From positions 447,440-511,439 of the forward strand of contig JAOARC010000037.1 in NCBI GenBank assembly GCA_025210745.1: 64,000 nt of DNA, given 5' to 3'. Positions within the stretch are counted from its first letter, which is position 1; every line of letters starts with the position of its first letter. The DNA is from Bacteriovoracaceae bacterium. Lineage in GTDB: Bacteria > Bdellovibrionota > Bacteriovoracia > Bacteriovoracales > Bacteriovoracaceae. Shown piece after piece: positions 38,206-48,057 of the stretch. The notes beneath the pieces were generated by a model that was not told the DNA's origin, searched no databases, and was given only the letters and a program-made list of their open reading frames with translations. Made by a program: the position numbers and the translations under genes.

Positions 38206-40535
38206 GATTTAAGCTCAATTGTAGTTTGACCATCGTTACCGGTTTCATTAGATTGAATTTTTAGATCAGAAGTTCTTTTTATGAACTTTCTTAACCAGTT
38301 TTTTAGAACGCCGGTTCCATGTCCATGAATATAGTTTATAAAAGGAACTTCTCCAGAAATTATTGAACTACTTGTTCTTTCAACTAAGTCTCTAAATTCT
38401 TCTAATCTCATTCCTCTGCAATCATATTCAAGTTTAGTATTTGAGTTAAAATTAACTTGGTATCCTTGATTCTCATTCTTAGAAGAATTGTTTGTTATTC
38501 TTAAGCTATCTATAGGGCACTTTATTTGAATAGCACCTTTTTTACCAATAACAACTTTTTTTCTTTCATCGATACTTAATACATGTATGCTTGATTTTAA
38601 AAATGTAGAGAAGTATTGAGATCCTATGATAATACTTTTAGGTTTTTTTAAGTCTTTGTATGAGTTTTCTTCTTTAGTTTGTTTATTCTCTATTAAAGTA
38701 TTTGATTCTCTTTTTAAATGATCAATATCTTTTAAACTTATATCTTCTTTGTTTTTAATTTTTTTCTTTAATGAGTATAGCTTTTCAATTTGTGAATTAA
38801 GTTTTTGAGTATAGCTTTTAAGTTCATTATCCATTTTAAGTTTTAATACACCTTGCATAGAGCTTTCTTGGTTTTTAAGTCTTGCAGTTGTCATTCTTTG
38901 TTCTTTTAGCTCTATTGATAATTCGTGTTCTTTTTTATTAATTTTCTCTAGAATTGCTTCATAATGAACATGTTTTTTATCCATTAACTCTTTTGCTCTT
39001 TTAGTAATCGTTTCAACTTGAGGAACATCCTTTGTATATCTCTCAAATGTAGAAATCGCATAGCTAGAACCAGGAGTACCTGTATGAAGTATATAGGTAG
39101 GTCTATCATTATCAAAGCCTACATGAGCACTTAAAAAATTATTTTTTTGGTGAATAAAACTTTTTAGCATTTGATGATGTGTCGATGCTAAAATGGTAAT
39201 GTTTTGCTTAAGTAATAGTTGCTCAAAAATAGCAATAGCAAGAGCTGATGCCTCCTCTGAAGATGTTGTATTGAAAATTTCATCAATAATGACTAATGAG
39301 TTTTCTTCAATATTTTTAACCATATTGGAATATTTTGTTACTTCAGCAGCAAAGGAGCTTAAACCTTCATCTAGGTTTTGTCCGTCACTTCCAAAGTAGT
39401 ATATTTTTTTGTAAAAACCCATTTTCGCAAAACGAGCAGGAGTTCCAAGGGCATAATGATTAAAAATAGCACTTAAGGCGACTGTTTTTAATATGGCTGT
39501 TTTTCCACCTGCATTTGGACCAGAAATAAGAAGGCCATTGTAACCTTCTAGGTTTAAAGAATTTTTAACAGGCTTTTCAATTAGAGGATGAAAAAAATTA
39601 TCAAAGAAAAACTCAGAAGTATCCTCTCGTAAAGTAGGTATACTAAGTTTGTAATGAGAGCAAAAATCAGCTCGAGTTTTATATTCATCAATGAAAAATA
39701 CAAAATGTGACAAGACATTAAGCTCATGAGTATATTCTCGAATTTTCTTGCTATACTCTCTTTGAAGTTTTTCTATTGCTTGAGCTAGTTCTATAACAAT
39801 TTCTAATCTTCTATAGTTTGAATTCTTTATATTTATAGGCTCTACAAATAGGGTCTGGCCAGATTCTGATCTAGAAATAATATGGCCATGTTTTTTTGTA
39901 TAGTGATCGCTTTTTATCGGTATGACGTAGCGATCATTTATAATATCAATATTTGAATACTGAATACTATTTGAGTTCTCTGTAAGAGTAACTTGTAGAC
40001 TTTTTCTAATTTGAGACTCAAGTTCAAGTTGTTCCTTGTATAGGTTTCTAAGTTTGGGGTGCTTAAGATAATCATAAGAGTTATCTTCATTATAAAAGGA
40101 TCGAAATTCTTTTGTTAGAAAACTTGAAAATTTTTGAATTCTTTGTTTGAAGCTATTTTCATCTTCAAATTCAAATCCTGTTTTTGAGAAGATATCTTTA
40201 TAATAAACTTCAGTTAACAGTACTATTTCATTAACTTGTTTTAAATCAAGTACGATGTCTTTTTTTAGCAGGCCAATTAGTTTGTAGAATATTTCATCTT
40301 CATCAAGCTTTCTTATATGAGCTAAAAGTTCATAGAAAAACTCTTCAGTATAGATTGAAACAATTTCTTGTTGTCTCTTAAAGCTATAATTAATTTTCTC
40401 AAGGGAGTTAAGAGGTTTTAAGACTCTTTTTTCTGGTGTATTGATAAAATGAGCAAATTGTTTTAAGCTCAAAGTTATGTGATTCCATTCAAGGAGTTCT
40501 AAAGAATCAAGGTCGCAAATTGGTGTTTTATCCAT
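38202..40535 (-). CDS. mutS2: MutS2 (MutS-family ATPase with C-terminal Smr domain)
   Basis: Walker A ISGPNAGGKT, IIDEIFNTTSSEEASALA, STHH, Smr IHGHGTGVLKNWLRKFI. 777 aa. Confidence 0.85.
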   Translation of the reverse strand: MDKTPICDLDSLELLEWNHITLSLKQFAHFINTPEKRVLKPLNSLEKINYSFKRQQEIVSIYTEEFFYELLAHIRKLDEDEIFYKLIGLLKKDIVLDLKQVNEIVLLTEVYYKDIFSKTGFEFEDENSFKQRIQKFSSFLTKEFRSFYNEDNSYDYLKHPKLRNLYKEQLELESQIRKSLQVTLTENSNSIQYSNIDIINDRYVIPIKSDHYTKKHGHIISRSESGQTLFVEPINIKNSNYRRLEIVIELAQAIEKLQREYSKKIREYTHELNVLSHFVFFIDEYKTRADFCSHYKLSIPTLREDTSEFFFDNFFHPLIEKPVKNSLNLEGYNGLLISGPNAGGKTAILKTVALSAIFNHYALGTPARFAKMGFYKKIYYFGSDGQNLDEGLSSFAAEVTKYSNMVKNIEENSLVIIDEIFNTTSSEEASALAIAIFEQLLLKQNITILASTHHQMLKSFIHQKNNFLSAHVGFDNDRPTYILHTGTPGSSYAISTFERYTKDVPQVETITKRAKELMDKKHVHYEAILEKINKKEHELSIELKEQRMTTARLKNQESSMQGVLKLKMDNELKSYTQKLNSQIEKLYSLKKKIKNKEDISLKDIDHLKRESNTLIENKQTKEENSYKDLKKPKSIIIGSQYFSTFLKSSIHVLSIDERKKVVIGKKGAIQIKCPIDSLRITNNSSKNENQGYQVNFNSNTKLEYDCRGMRLEEFRDLVERTSSSIISGEVPFINYIHGHGTGVLKNWLRKFIKRTSDLKIQSNETGNDGQTTIELKS

Positions 40536-41811
40536 GATAAGTACTTATAAAAATCTATTTAATCATATTCAAAATATCGAATCTGATATTGTCGGAACTC
40601 CTCAAATACAAAAGATATTTAGTTCTGCATATTATATTGCATTTCAAATAAGATTACCAGGTCAAACCAAGTATATATATGTTGGCAGAGGTAAGGGCGC
40701 TGAAGATTTATTTCTAAAAGATGAGAATATACCGAGTGAGTTTAGAAAAAGAGATCGTTTACTAGAATATTTAAGAAAGTATGTAGCTGGAAAATCCTAT
40801 CTTGGTTTTGAACTGGATAAAAAAGATAGATGCTTTTCACTAAAATATCAATCTTATGCAAAAGAGTGTAAGGTTTTATTTTTTTACAAAGCAAGAGCAT
40901 TATATTTTGCATCAAAAAAATGGAATGTAAAAAATAATACTTTTGAATATTTCACTTCATGGAAGGGAAAAGTTGATTTTTCAGGAGAGGACTTTGAGAT
41001 CTTTGACGAGGTTGGAAGAGTTCAAATTTCTAATACTGAAATTGAGAGCAAGATTCCTGAAGATTTCGGCTTTAGCTTTGAAGAAAAACAAGTTCATCTA
41101 AAAAAGACATCTTCAAAAAAAATGAAGTTTCTTAAAAGAAAGATTAAAAATATAAAGTTTGATTTAGAGAAGATTGATAATGTTGAAAAGTGCCTTGAGA
41201 AGGTAAATGAACTTGACTTTGAAATCTTACCTAAAAAGTTCATCCTTCATGATATCGTTTTTAAATTTAAAGAGATAGATTTTTATAAAAGGCGAGATGA
41301 ATTCTATAAGAGAACGAAGTCTCTTAAAGGGGCAAAGAGTTTATTAGATAAAAGATTAGAAGATACAAACCTTCTTTTAGAAAATACATCAAGTGGAAAA
41401 ATTAAACTAGAGTCTGATCTTAATATTGTAGAGCCTGTATGGAAATCTCATGGGATCATCTCAGTTATCAAAGAAGTTGTAGACGAGTTTAAAATAGTTC
41501 ATGATGGAGATTTTCATTATGGTATAGGTCTTAGTGCTAGAGGAAATGATCAGTTAAGGAGTAAGTTTTCTTCAAAAGAAGATTGGTGGTTTCATGCTAA
41601 AGGTGATACTTCGGCTCATATTATTATGAAGAAACCAACGATAATTAATGAGCAAGTATTCGATTTTATTGGAAAGGTTATGGCAGATTCACTTAACACC
41701 TCTGAGGTTGATATAATATATACTAAAGTTAAGTACCTGAAATCACTTAAAGGTACACCAGGTTCGGTTACTTATAAAAAAGAAAAAGTTTTTAGATATA
41801 GATCAATATAA
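40534..41811 (+). CDS. NFACT-family protein (RqcH/FbpA-like, shortened; NFACT-N-like plus NFACT-R/DUF814)
   Basis: LEYLRKYVAGKSYLGFELDKKDRCFSL (NFACT-N pattern) and GNDQLRSKFSSKEDWWFHAKGDTSAHIIM (DUF814 pattern), matched by eye. Confidence 0.6.
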   Translation: MISTYKNLFNHIQNIESDIVGTPQIQKIFSSAYYIAFQIRLPGQTKYIYVGRGKGAEDLFLKDENIPSEFRKRDRLLEYLRKYVAGKSYLGFELDKKDRCFSLKYQSYAKECKVLFFYKARALYFASKKWNVKNNTFEYFTSWKGKVDFSGEDFEIFDEVGRVQISNTEIESKIPEDFGFSFEEKQVHLKKTSSKKMKFLKRKIKNIKFDLEKIDNVEKCLEKVNELDFEILPKKFILHDIVFKFKEIDFYKRRDEFYKRTKSLKGAKSLLDKRLEDTNLLLENTSSGKIKLESDLNIVEPVWKSHGIISVIKEVVDEFKIVHDGDFHYGIGLSARGNDQLRSKFSSKEDWWFHAKGDTSAHIIMKKPTIINEQVFDFIGKVMADSLNTSEVDIIYTKVKYLKSLKGTPGSVTYKKEKVFRYRSI

Positions 41812-41861
41812 AAATTTCAATTGAATTATTGCAGCGCACCCTTCGGTGTTATATTAGCTTT

Positions 41862-44800
41862 GTGAAAATACATTATGTTTTAATATTTTTTATTGCATTG
41901 CTATCGTGCTCAAAAGAGGCTGTTTATAAAGGAAGGAACCTTTCTGGTAAATATTTTATTAGAAAGAGTGTTAAATCCTGCAAGGGTGTTTCTTTTGGTA
42001 GTGATTCTTATAAAAGAGATAATGTTTTAAACTTTTTTGATTGTATTGGCTACGATAAGGCTTTTTCAGGTATTCATAAATATATTAAAAATTTAGATGA
42101 TAAGTCTTATTCATCTTTTGAAAAGTTATTTTCTAGTATGTATCCAACATTGAATAACTTTTTAGATATAACAATCAATAAACTTGATAAAGAATCGACA
42201 AAACATTTAAGTCATATCATTTCAATCATTTTAGATAATCCAGATCTGATAAAAAAACAAATTGCTATTTTTCAAAATAGATCAAAAAGTGAATATAAAG
42301 ATATTTCACAAATTGTTTTTGAGGCAATTACATTTTTGTCCGGATTTAGTGAAGAACAAGATGAGTATAGGATTAATATGATTAGCTCTTTAAATCCGGA
42401 CTTATTAAAAAGGCTTATTGGGGAGACGATTAAAAGTCTTTTTTCAAATAAGATGATATCAAAAAAGTCATCATTATTTATTTCGGAAAAGGGGTGGATT
42501 AATGATACCTTAAATCGAATAGAGGTATCTTCTTTGAAAAAAATAGTTGAGTTTAACTTACTTAATCCAACATTTATCAAGCATGTTGGCTATTATGAAG
42601 AGTCGATATTAACTCCAAAGTATAATTGCTATGACTACTCAAAAACTTATATTGTTGATCATAGTGTTGAGTACCAATGGCAATTATCAAATTTAGTTAG
42701 CAAAGCATCAGATGACTTTTATCTAGATATTGTTGAGCTTATCACTAGATTTAATTTGTATAGGCAAATCTGTCCAAGTGATATTTTTATACCTAAGACG
42801 ACAGAACTTTTAAGGCAGGTTATTAGTTTTCTTGATATTGATGGTGGTTTTAGCTTGTTGAGGCAATTTGCCAGAATCTCTATGTCTGAAGATGAAAAAT
42901 TTGATTTGTCTATTATTAACTTCTTTAAATCGAATGTTTTTAAAACCTTTGTAGAGTTAGTTCAGCTTATTGAAAATGATAAGGTCTATGATGATATTTA
43001 TTTATTTTTAAAGTCTATATCCTCAAAGGATTATGCTCGTTTGGCAAGTTTGTTGAATACACTGTCAAAAAACGAGTCTTTTCTAGATTTTTTAGATTCG
43101 AAATATCAAAGTGATAACTTAGATGCGCTTGTTGATCTGATTTATAATATAATCTCTACGGAAAAAGAGTATTTATCGTCTTTTAGGTTTTTGTTTTCAT
43201 TAGTCGATAATGCTAGTGATATTAATTTAGACAAAGAAGACTATATTAACTTGTTAGGTGTTTTTGTTGAAGTACTTACAGATAATAATCTGGTTAATGA
43301 GTTAAAGAAAATGTTCGATAATAGTCATTTATTGTATGTTCTAGGTTTAATACAAAAAAATGAAACAGTTAGCACAGCTAAGAGCTTGAATAATTTTTTA
43401 TTAGAGAATATTGAGAAATCTTCAGTATCATCATATACATATAAAGAATGTGTTAGACAGATAATGATTCATTTGAATGGTCATGATTCTCTTGGCGATA
43501 TAATTTCGAATTATCCTGAAGTCTGTAGAGATATAGAGGAAGAGAAGAAAAACTTTGCGTTAAAAATATATGAATGGTCACAGAATATTAATGCCGGATT
43601 TTTTGATGAGCATGGTTTTGAGTTTGCTGGTCAAGATGGATTATTAAACCCTAGAACAATGCATTTTATGCATCAGATGATTCATGTAACTACAAAATAT
43701 ATAAAATCAGATAATGATTTTTCAAAAGATACTGTTAACAAAGTAAAAAAATATTTATTAGAAGATAATAATATTAAATACATTGAAAGTTTTTTAGAAA
43801 ATGCTCTTTTAAATAATAAAAAAAACCTTGTCGAGTTGTTTGATTTATTGTCTTCAAGTCCAAGTTCGAATGTGAATAATGATCTGAAACTTTTATTTGG
43901 CTTTTTTGAAAGTGTTTCTGAAAAAAAGTCAGAGCTGAAGTTTAGTATTGAAAAAGCTGATGTTGAGTATTTAAGAAACTTAAACTTAAATACAAGAAAA
44001 TTTCAAAGTTTGCTAAAATGTTTTGAAAAAAATAAACTAAGCATTTCACAGTTAGGGCATATACTAAATTTTTTGGGGCAAAAAAGAATAATTAAGAAGT
44101 TAACGTTTATATTAAATGAACTAGAGTTTAAAAACTATCATTATGTCGCATTTTTTATTAATCAATTAGCTAAAGCAAAATCATATCAAAAGGCGATTAC
44201 TAAGCTAAAAAGGCAGTTTAAGTTAGCCTTAAGTACAAATAAGGCTCTTATAAAGCTGGGATACCTTCCTGCTGATGGTAAAAGAAGGCTGTTAATAGTT
44301 AATGAAAACCTAGGTGTTCTAGATTTGTTTTTACAAAAAATGCCAGGCTCTAAGAAGTCTTATGGGGACATATTGAAAATAATAGCGGAAGGTTTATATG
44401 AGATATCTAGTAAAGAAGCTAAAGATATAAGTTTGTTTACAAAAGGGTCAAGGGGAAAAAGTAAGAAGCACTTTGGAACTTTGTTGGGATTTTTATCTCG
44501 TAAAGGTTTATTAAATAAAGTTCTTTTTACGATGAAAGGTGTTTCTAGTGAACTTATGGGCAATCATGTTATACCATGGAAGCTTTTTGAGGATATAGAC
44601 ATTGGGAATGTTGATATTGGAAAATTAGAAGAAAAAAATTACAGTGTAGAAATACCAAGTCTAGATAATGTTGAATTAGGTTTAAAAAAATATCGTTATA
44701 ATGACTTTAAAAGATTGATGAGCTATCTAAAAATACTATTCAAATTTGATATGAAGTTTAAGGGAAAAAGTATTAAAAATTTATATAGATTAAATGTTTT

Positions 44801-45041
44801 CTTTAAAGTTATGTCTGATTCAACAATAAATTATATTCCATTTGTTGAAACCTTGCAGCGTTTACATAGTAATGATGAAAACTATCTTTTATCTTTACTA
44901 GAATACTCTGTTAAAAAAGATGAGAGTAACGTTACAAGGCTAAGAGCTGGTTTTAGTTCTATGTTTATTAAAAGTAATCTTAGTTTAATAAACTTTTTTA
45001 AGGATATTCTGGCACATTTTAAATATAAGCCTACTATTTAA
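41862..45041 (+). CDS. large (~1060 aa) predicted lipoprotein of unknown function
   Basis: From GTG 41862 the N-terminus is (M)KIHYVLIFFIALLSC with lipobox LLSC. The rest is Leu/Lys/Asn/Phe-rich and probably helical. No motif recognised. Confidence 0.55.
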   Translation: MKIHYVLIFFIALLSCSKEAVYKGRNLSGKYFIRKSVKSCKGVSFGSDSYKRDNVLNFFDCIGYDKAFSGIHKYIKNLDDKSYSSFEKLFSSMYPTLNNFLDITINKLDKESTKHLSHIISIILDNPDLIKKQIAIFQNRSKSEYKDISQIVFEAITFLSGFSEEQDEYRINMISSLNPDLLKRLIGETIKSLFSNKMISKKSSLFISEKGWINDTLNRIEVSSLKKIVEFNLLNPTFIKHVGYYEESILTPKYNCYDYSKTYIVDHSVEYQWQLSNLVSKASDDFYLDIVELITRFNLYRQICPSDIFIPKTTELLRQVISFLDIDGGFSLLRQFARISMSEDEKFDLSIINFFKSNVFKTFVELVQLIENDKVYDDIYLFLKSISSKDYARLASLLNTLSKNESFLDFLDSKYQSDNLDALVDLIYNIISTEKEYLSSFRFLFSLVDNASDINLDKEDYINLLGVFVEVLTDNNLVNELKKMFDNSHLLYVLGLIQKNETVSTAKSLNNFLLENIEKSSVSSYTYKECVRQIMIHLNGHDSLGDIISNYPEVCRDIEEEKKNFALKIYEWSQNINAGFFDEHGFEFAGQDGLLNPRTMHFMHQMIHVTTKYIKSDNDFSKDTVNKVKKYLLEDNNIKYIESFLENALLNNKKNLVELFDLLSSSPSSNVNNDLKLLFGFFESVSEKKSELKFSIEKADVEYLRNLNLNTRKFQSLLKCFEKNKLSISQLGHILNFLGQKRIIKKLTFILNELEFKNYHYVAFFINQLAKAKSYQKAITKLKRQFKLALSTNKALIKLGYLPADGKRRLLIVNENLGVLDLFLQKMPGSKKSYGDILKIIAEGLYEISSKEAKDISLFTKGSRGKSKKHFGTLLGFLSRKGLLNKVLFTMKGVSSELMGNHVIPWKLFEDIDIGNVDIGKLEEKNYSVEIPSLDNVELGLKKYRYNDFKRLMSYLKILFKFDMKFKGKSIKNLYRLNVFFKVMSDSTINYIPFVETLQRLHSNDENYLLSLLEYSVKKDESNVTRLRAGFSSMFIKSNLSLINFFKDILAHFKYKPTI

Positions 45042-45095
45042 CTCAAGCTTTTAAAACTTAATAATATTAGTACTTTGTAGTATAATCTTGGATCT

Positions 45096-46292
45096 ATGAA
45101 GAAAAAGGACTTACTGCAAATTGAGTTAAGCAAATCTGGTGCTATAAAAGCATTAAAGGGTGAGTTTCAATTATATTTTGCAGATCTTGATTCTTCAATA
45201 AAGTCTTGTACACCCGGAAAATGGGTTAGTTTTGTAGATAAAAAAAAGAATTTGTCTTATTTAGGCTTTATTAATCCACTAGTTATGAATAGTTCACCTT
45301 GTGCACATATTGTAGAAAAAATTTGTGATAATAGTTTTTTTGATTTTGGTAAACTTTTAAGGAGTGCAATTAATTATAGAAGAAGCTTTGGAGAGCAGTA
45401 CAAGAGTTGTGCAAGAATGGTATATGGAGGCTCAGATAGCCTGCCAGGTCTTATTGTAGACTCTTTCGAAAATATTATTCTTGTGCAAATTAACTTAGCG
45501 GGAATTGAAATTTACAGAAAAGAAATTAAAGAAATTCTTGAATTAGAATTTGAAGATAAAAAAATTTATTTTTTAGATAATGAAAAATATAGGGAAGCTG
45601 AGTTTTTACCAAAGCACGAAAAAGAACAAATTAGCGAAGATATATTTCTTAATGAAAATGGTTTGAAGTATAGAGTTTCAAAAGATGTCATGCAAAAAAT
45701 TGGTTTTTATTATGATCATAGAGAAAATAGAAAAAAATTATCGTGTTTTTTAAATAATTATTCTCAACAATTAGATTCGGGAATAGATCTTTTCTCATAT
45801 GTTGGTGCTTGGGGAATGACGTTATTAAAGGCCGGTGTAAAAAATGTTTCTTTTGTTGATCAGGGAGATTTCTCTTGCGATATTTCTTATCAAGCCAAAG
45901 AGAACGGCTTTTTTGATCAAATTAACTTTATTAGAGATGATGTATTTAATTATTTAAAAAGCTCTTCAGAGACTTTTGATATTGTATGTTGTGATCCACC
46001 TGCTTTTTGTAAGAGTAAGAAAGAGGCTAAAAAGGCCTATGAAGGCTACTCTAAATTACACCGCTTAGCATTGAGTAAAGTCAATGATGGAGGTTTTTTT
46101 GTTGCATGTTCGTGTACACAATATATATCTCATGAGGAATTTAATAAAAATATCATTGATGCTTCTTATAAGGAAAATTTAAAACTAAGATTACTAGAGC
46201 TTGGTATTCAGGGTTTTGATCATCCTATAGAAAGCTATAAAAGTAAGAATAGTTATTTGAAATATTTTATATTTAAAGTGGAGAAAAAATGA
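45096..46292 (+). CDS. class I SAM-dependent RNA methyltransferase, RlmI-like (PUA-like N-domain plus MTase)
   Basis: SLPGLIVDSFENIILVQ, GFYYDHRENR, DLFSYVGAWG, CDPPAF. Confidence 0.7.
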   Translation: MKKKDLLQIELSKSGAIKALKGEFQLYFADLDSSIKSCTPGKWVSFVDKKKNLSYLGFINPLVMNSSPCAHIVEKICDNSFFDFGKLLRSAINYRRSFGEQYKSCARMVYGGSDSLPGLIVDSFENIILVQINLAGIEIYRKEIKEILELEFEDKKIYFLDNEKYREAEFLPKHEKEQISEDIFLNENGLKYRVSKDVMQKIGFYYDHRENRKKLSCFLNNYSQQLDSGIDLFSYVGAWGMTLLKAGVKNVSFVDQGDFSCDISYQAKENGFFDQINFIRDDVFNYLKSSSETFDIVCCDPPAFCKSKKEAKKAYEGYSKLHRLALSKVNDGGFFVACSCTQYISHEEFNKNIIDASYKENLKLRLLELGIQGFDHPIESYKSKNSYLKYFIFKVEKK

Positions 46293-47239
46293 GTGAATTA
46301 AGAACTAAGATTAATGATGTATTAGGTGAGGCTAAAACACTAGTTTTTGGTCAAGATGATATGTTAGAAGCAATAATGGCAGCCCTTGTTTGTGAGGGAC
46401 ATTTGTTAATTGAAGGTTTGCCTGGTCTTGGAAAAACACTAAGTGTTTCTATTATGAGTAAACTTTGTGATCTCGAGTTTAATAGGGTTCAATTTACGCC
46501 AGATCTTTTACCATCAGATTTAATTGGAACAATGATCTATAATCAACAAAAAGAAGAATTTTCAACAAAATTTGGTCCCATTTTTACACAGCTTATTCTT
46601 GCTGATGAGATTAATCGTTCTCCTGCAAAAGTACAGGCAGCGCTATTAGAAGCGATGGCGGAAAAACAGGTAACCATTGGAGATAAAACCTATAAGTTGA
46701 AATCACCATTCGTTGTACTCGCTACACAAAACCCTATCGAGCAAGAGGGGACATATAATTTACCAGAAGCACAGCTTGATAGATTTATGATGAAAATAAG
46801 TGTCGACTATCCTAACTTTGATGCTGAAAAATCTATTTTAGATATGAAACTGAGTAAGATCTCAGATTTAATAGCAAAAATTACTTCTGATGATCTTATT
46901 ACTTTGAAGTCAGAAGTTGAAAAGGTTCATGTTGATGAGAAAATTAAAGACATGATTATTAGAATTATTCATGCGACAAGACCTGGGTCGGAATACTTTA
47001 ATTCTAGTTATGTAGATGTTGTTTTAGCTGGAGCTTCACCGAGAGCTTCAATTTGGTTGTATAAAATTGCAAAGTTTAAAGCTTTTATGAGTGGGAGCGA
47101 TCACGTAACTCCCGAGCATGTTTTATCTATTGTGAAAGGTGTTCTGGGTCATAGGGTACTACTTACTTATGAAGCTGTTATTGATAAAGTAGATGTGAAA
47201 AACTTAGTCTTAGATATTGCTAAAGAGCAGGTGGGATGA
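46289..47239 (+). CDS. moxR: MoxR-family AAA+ ATPase
   Basis: GLPGLGKT, LILADEINRSPAKVQAALLEAM, ATQNPIEQEGTYNLPEAQLDRF. Confidence 0.85.
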   Translation: MSELRTKINDVLGEAKTLVFGQDDMLEAIMAALVCEGHLLIEGLPGLGKTLSVSIMSKLCDLEFNRVQFTPDLLPSDLIGTMIYNQQKEEFSTKFGPIFTQLILADEINRSPAKVQAALLEAMAEKQVTIGDKTYKLKSPFVVLATQNPIEQEGTYNLPEAQLDRFMMKISVDYPNFDAEKSILDMKLSKISDLIAKITSDDLITLKSEVEKVHVDEKIKDMIIRIIHATRPGSEYFNSSYVDVVLAGASPRASIWLYKIAKFKAFMSGSDHVTPEHVLSIVKGVLGHRVLLTYEAVIDKVDVKNLVLDIAKEQVG

Positions 47240-48057
47240 ATTTAAAAGAGATAGAAAGAGTTGTTGCTGGTATACAGACACATCTTTTTAGAAATTCTAA
47301 TTCGTTTTCAATTGGTATGCTAAAGTCTAATTTTAAAGGAGCAGGACTTCAGTTTAAAGAGCATCAGGTTTATACACCTGGTGATGATGTGCGTTTTATT
47401 GACTGGAAGTTAAGTGCAAAATCTTCAAATACGTATGTAAAAACATTTGAAGAAGAAAGAAATATTGAAATTATACCTTTTCTTGATATTACAAATACAA
47501 TGTTTATGGGATATAAAGGTGTTTCTAAGCTTCAAGCTGCGATTGAAATAGTATGTCTGTTATATTTATTAGCTGAAAAGACAAAAGATAAGATAAAGCC
47601 TATAATTTATACTGGCAAATCTCAGATATTGCCACCACAGGCCGGAAAAGAAGGCATAACATTTTTTATTTCAATTTTAGAAAAGAAAAATATTTTATTA
47701 GATAGTGGTAAAGTAAATCTAGAGTACTCCTTAGATGTGAAAGATAGTAAAAGAGAAGGGCTCTTAAAGTCACTTGTGGCAAGAGGTAAAGAGGTTGTTT
47801 ATCTTTCTGATTTTAGCGATTTTGATAATATTGAACTTATAAATAAGCTTTTATATAGAAGAAATATGCATTGTTTTAAGGTTATGTCTCCTATCGATAA
47901 TATGAAAAAGATGCCTTATTCTATTTTTACAAATATTAATAATAAGAACATTACAGTAAGAGCAAATACAAGTGGAGAAAAAGAGTTAAAGGGAAGGTTT
48001 AAAAAACTTGATGTATCACAAAGATATTTGGAGACGTTTATTCGTGAAATGCTTTAG
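47236..48057 (+). CDS. DUF58-family protein (MoxR-associated, VWA-like)
   Basis: FKEHQVYTPGDDVRFIDWKLSAK signature. 4-nt overlap with moxR. Confidence 0.7.
   Translation: MNLKEIERVVAGIQTHLFRNSNSFSIGMLKSNFKGAGLQFKEHQVYTPGDDVRFIDWKLSAKSSNTYVKTFEEERNIEIIPFLDITNTMFMGYKGVSKLQAAIEIVCLLYLLAEKTKDKIKPIIYTGKSQILPPQAGKEGITFFISILEKKNILLDSGKVNLEYSLDVKDSKREGLLKSLVARGKEVVYLSDFSDFDNIELINKLLYRRNMHCFKVMSPIDNMKKMPYSIFTNINNKNITVRANTSGEKELKGRFKKLDVSQRYLETFIREML

Noticed and set aside
39914-39940. Perfect sigma-28 consensus on the minus strand inside mutS2: TAAA(39940-37)-N16-CCGATAA(39920-14), sense to mutS2.
   Set aside because: It lies deep inside coding sequence. By a rough composition estimate, an occurrence of CCGATA[AT] with a correctly spaced TAAA somewhere in a 64-kb AT-rich window is not improbable by chance. 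There is no downstream start it would obviously serve. Worth only a glance in TSS data.
41834-41852. Small hairpin GCACC-CTTC-GGTGT just after the NFACT gene, a possible terminator.
   Set aside because: It has only a 5-bp stem including a G-U pair and no clear U-tract, and it sits within the possible 5' extension of the lipoprotein ORF. Too weak to call.
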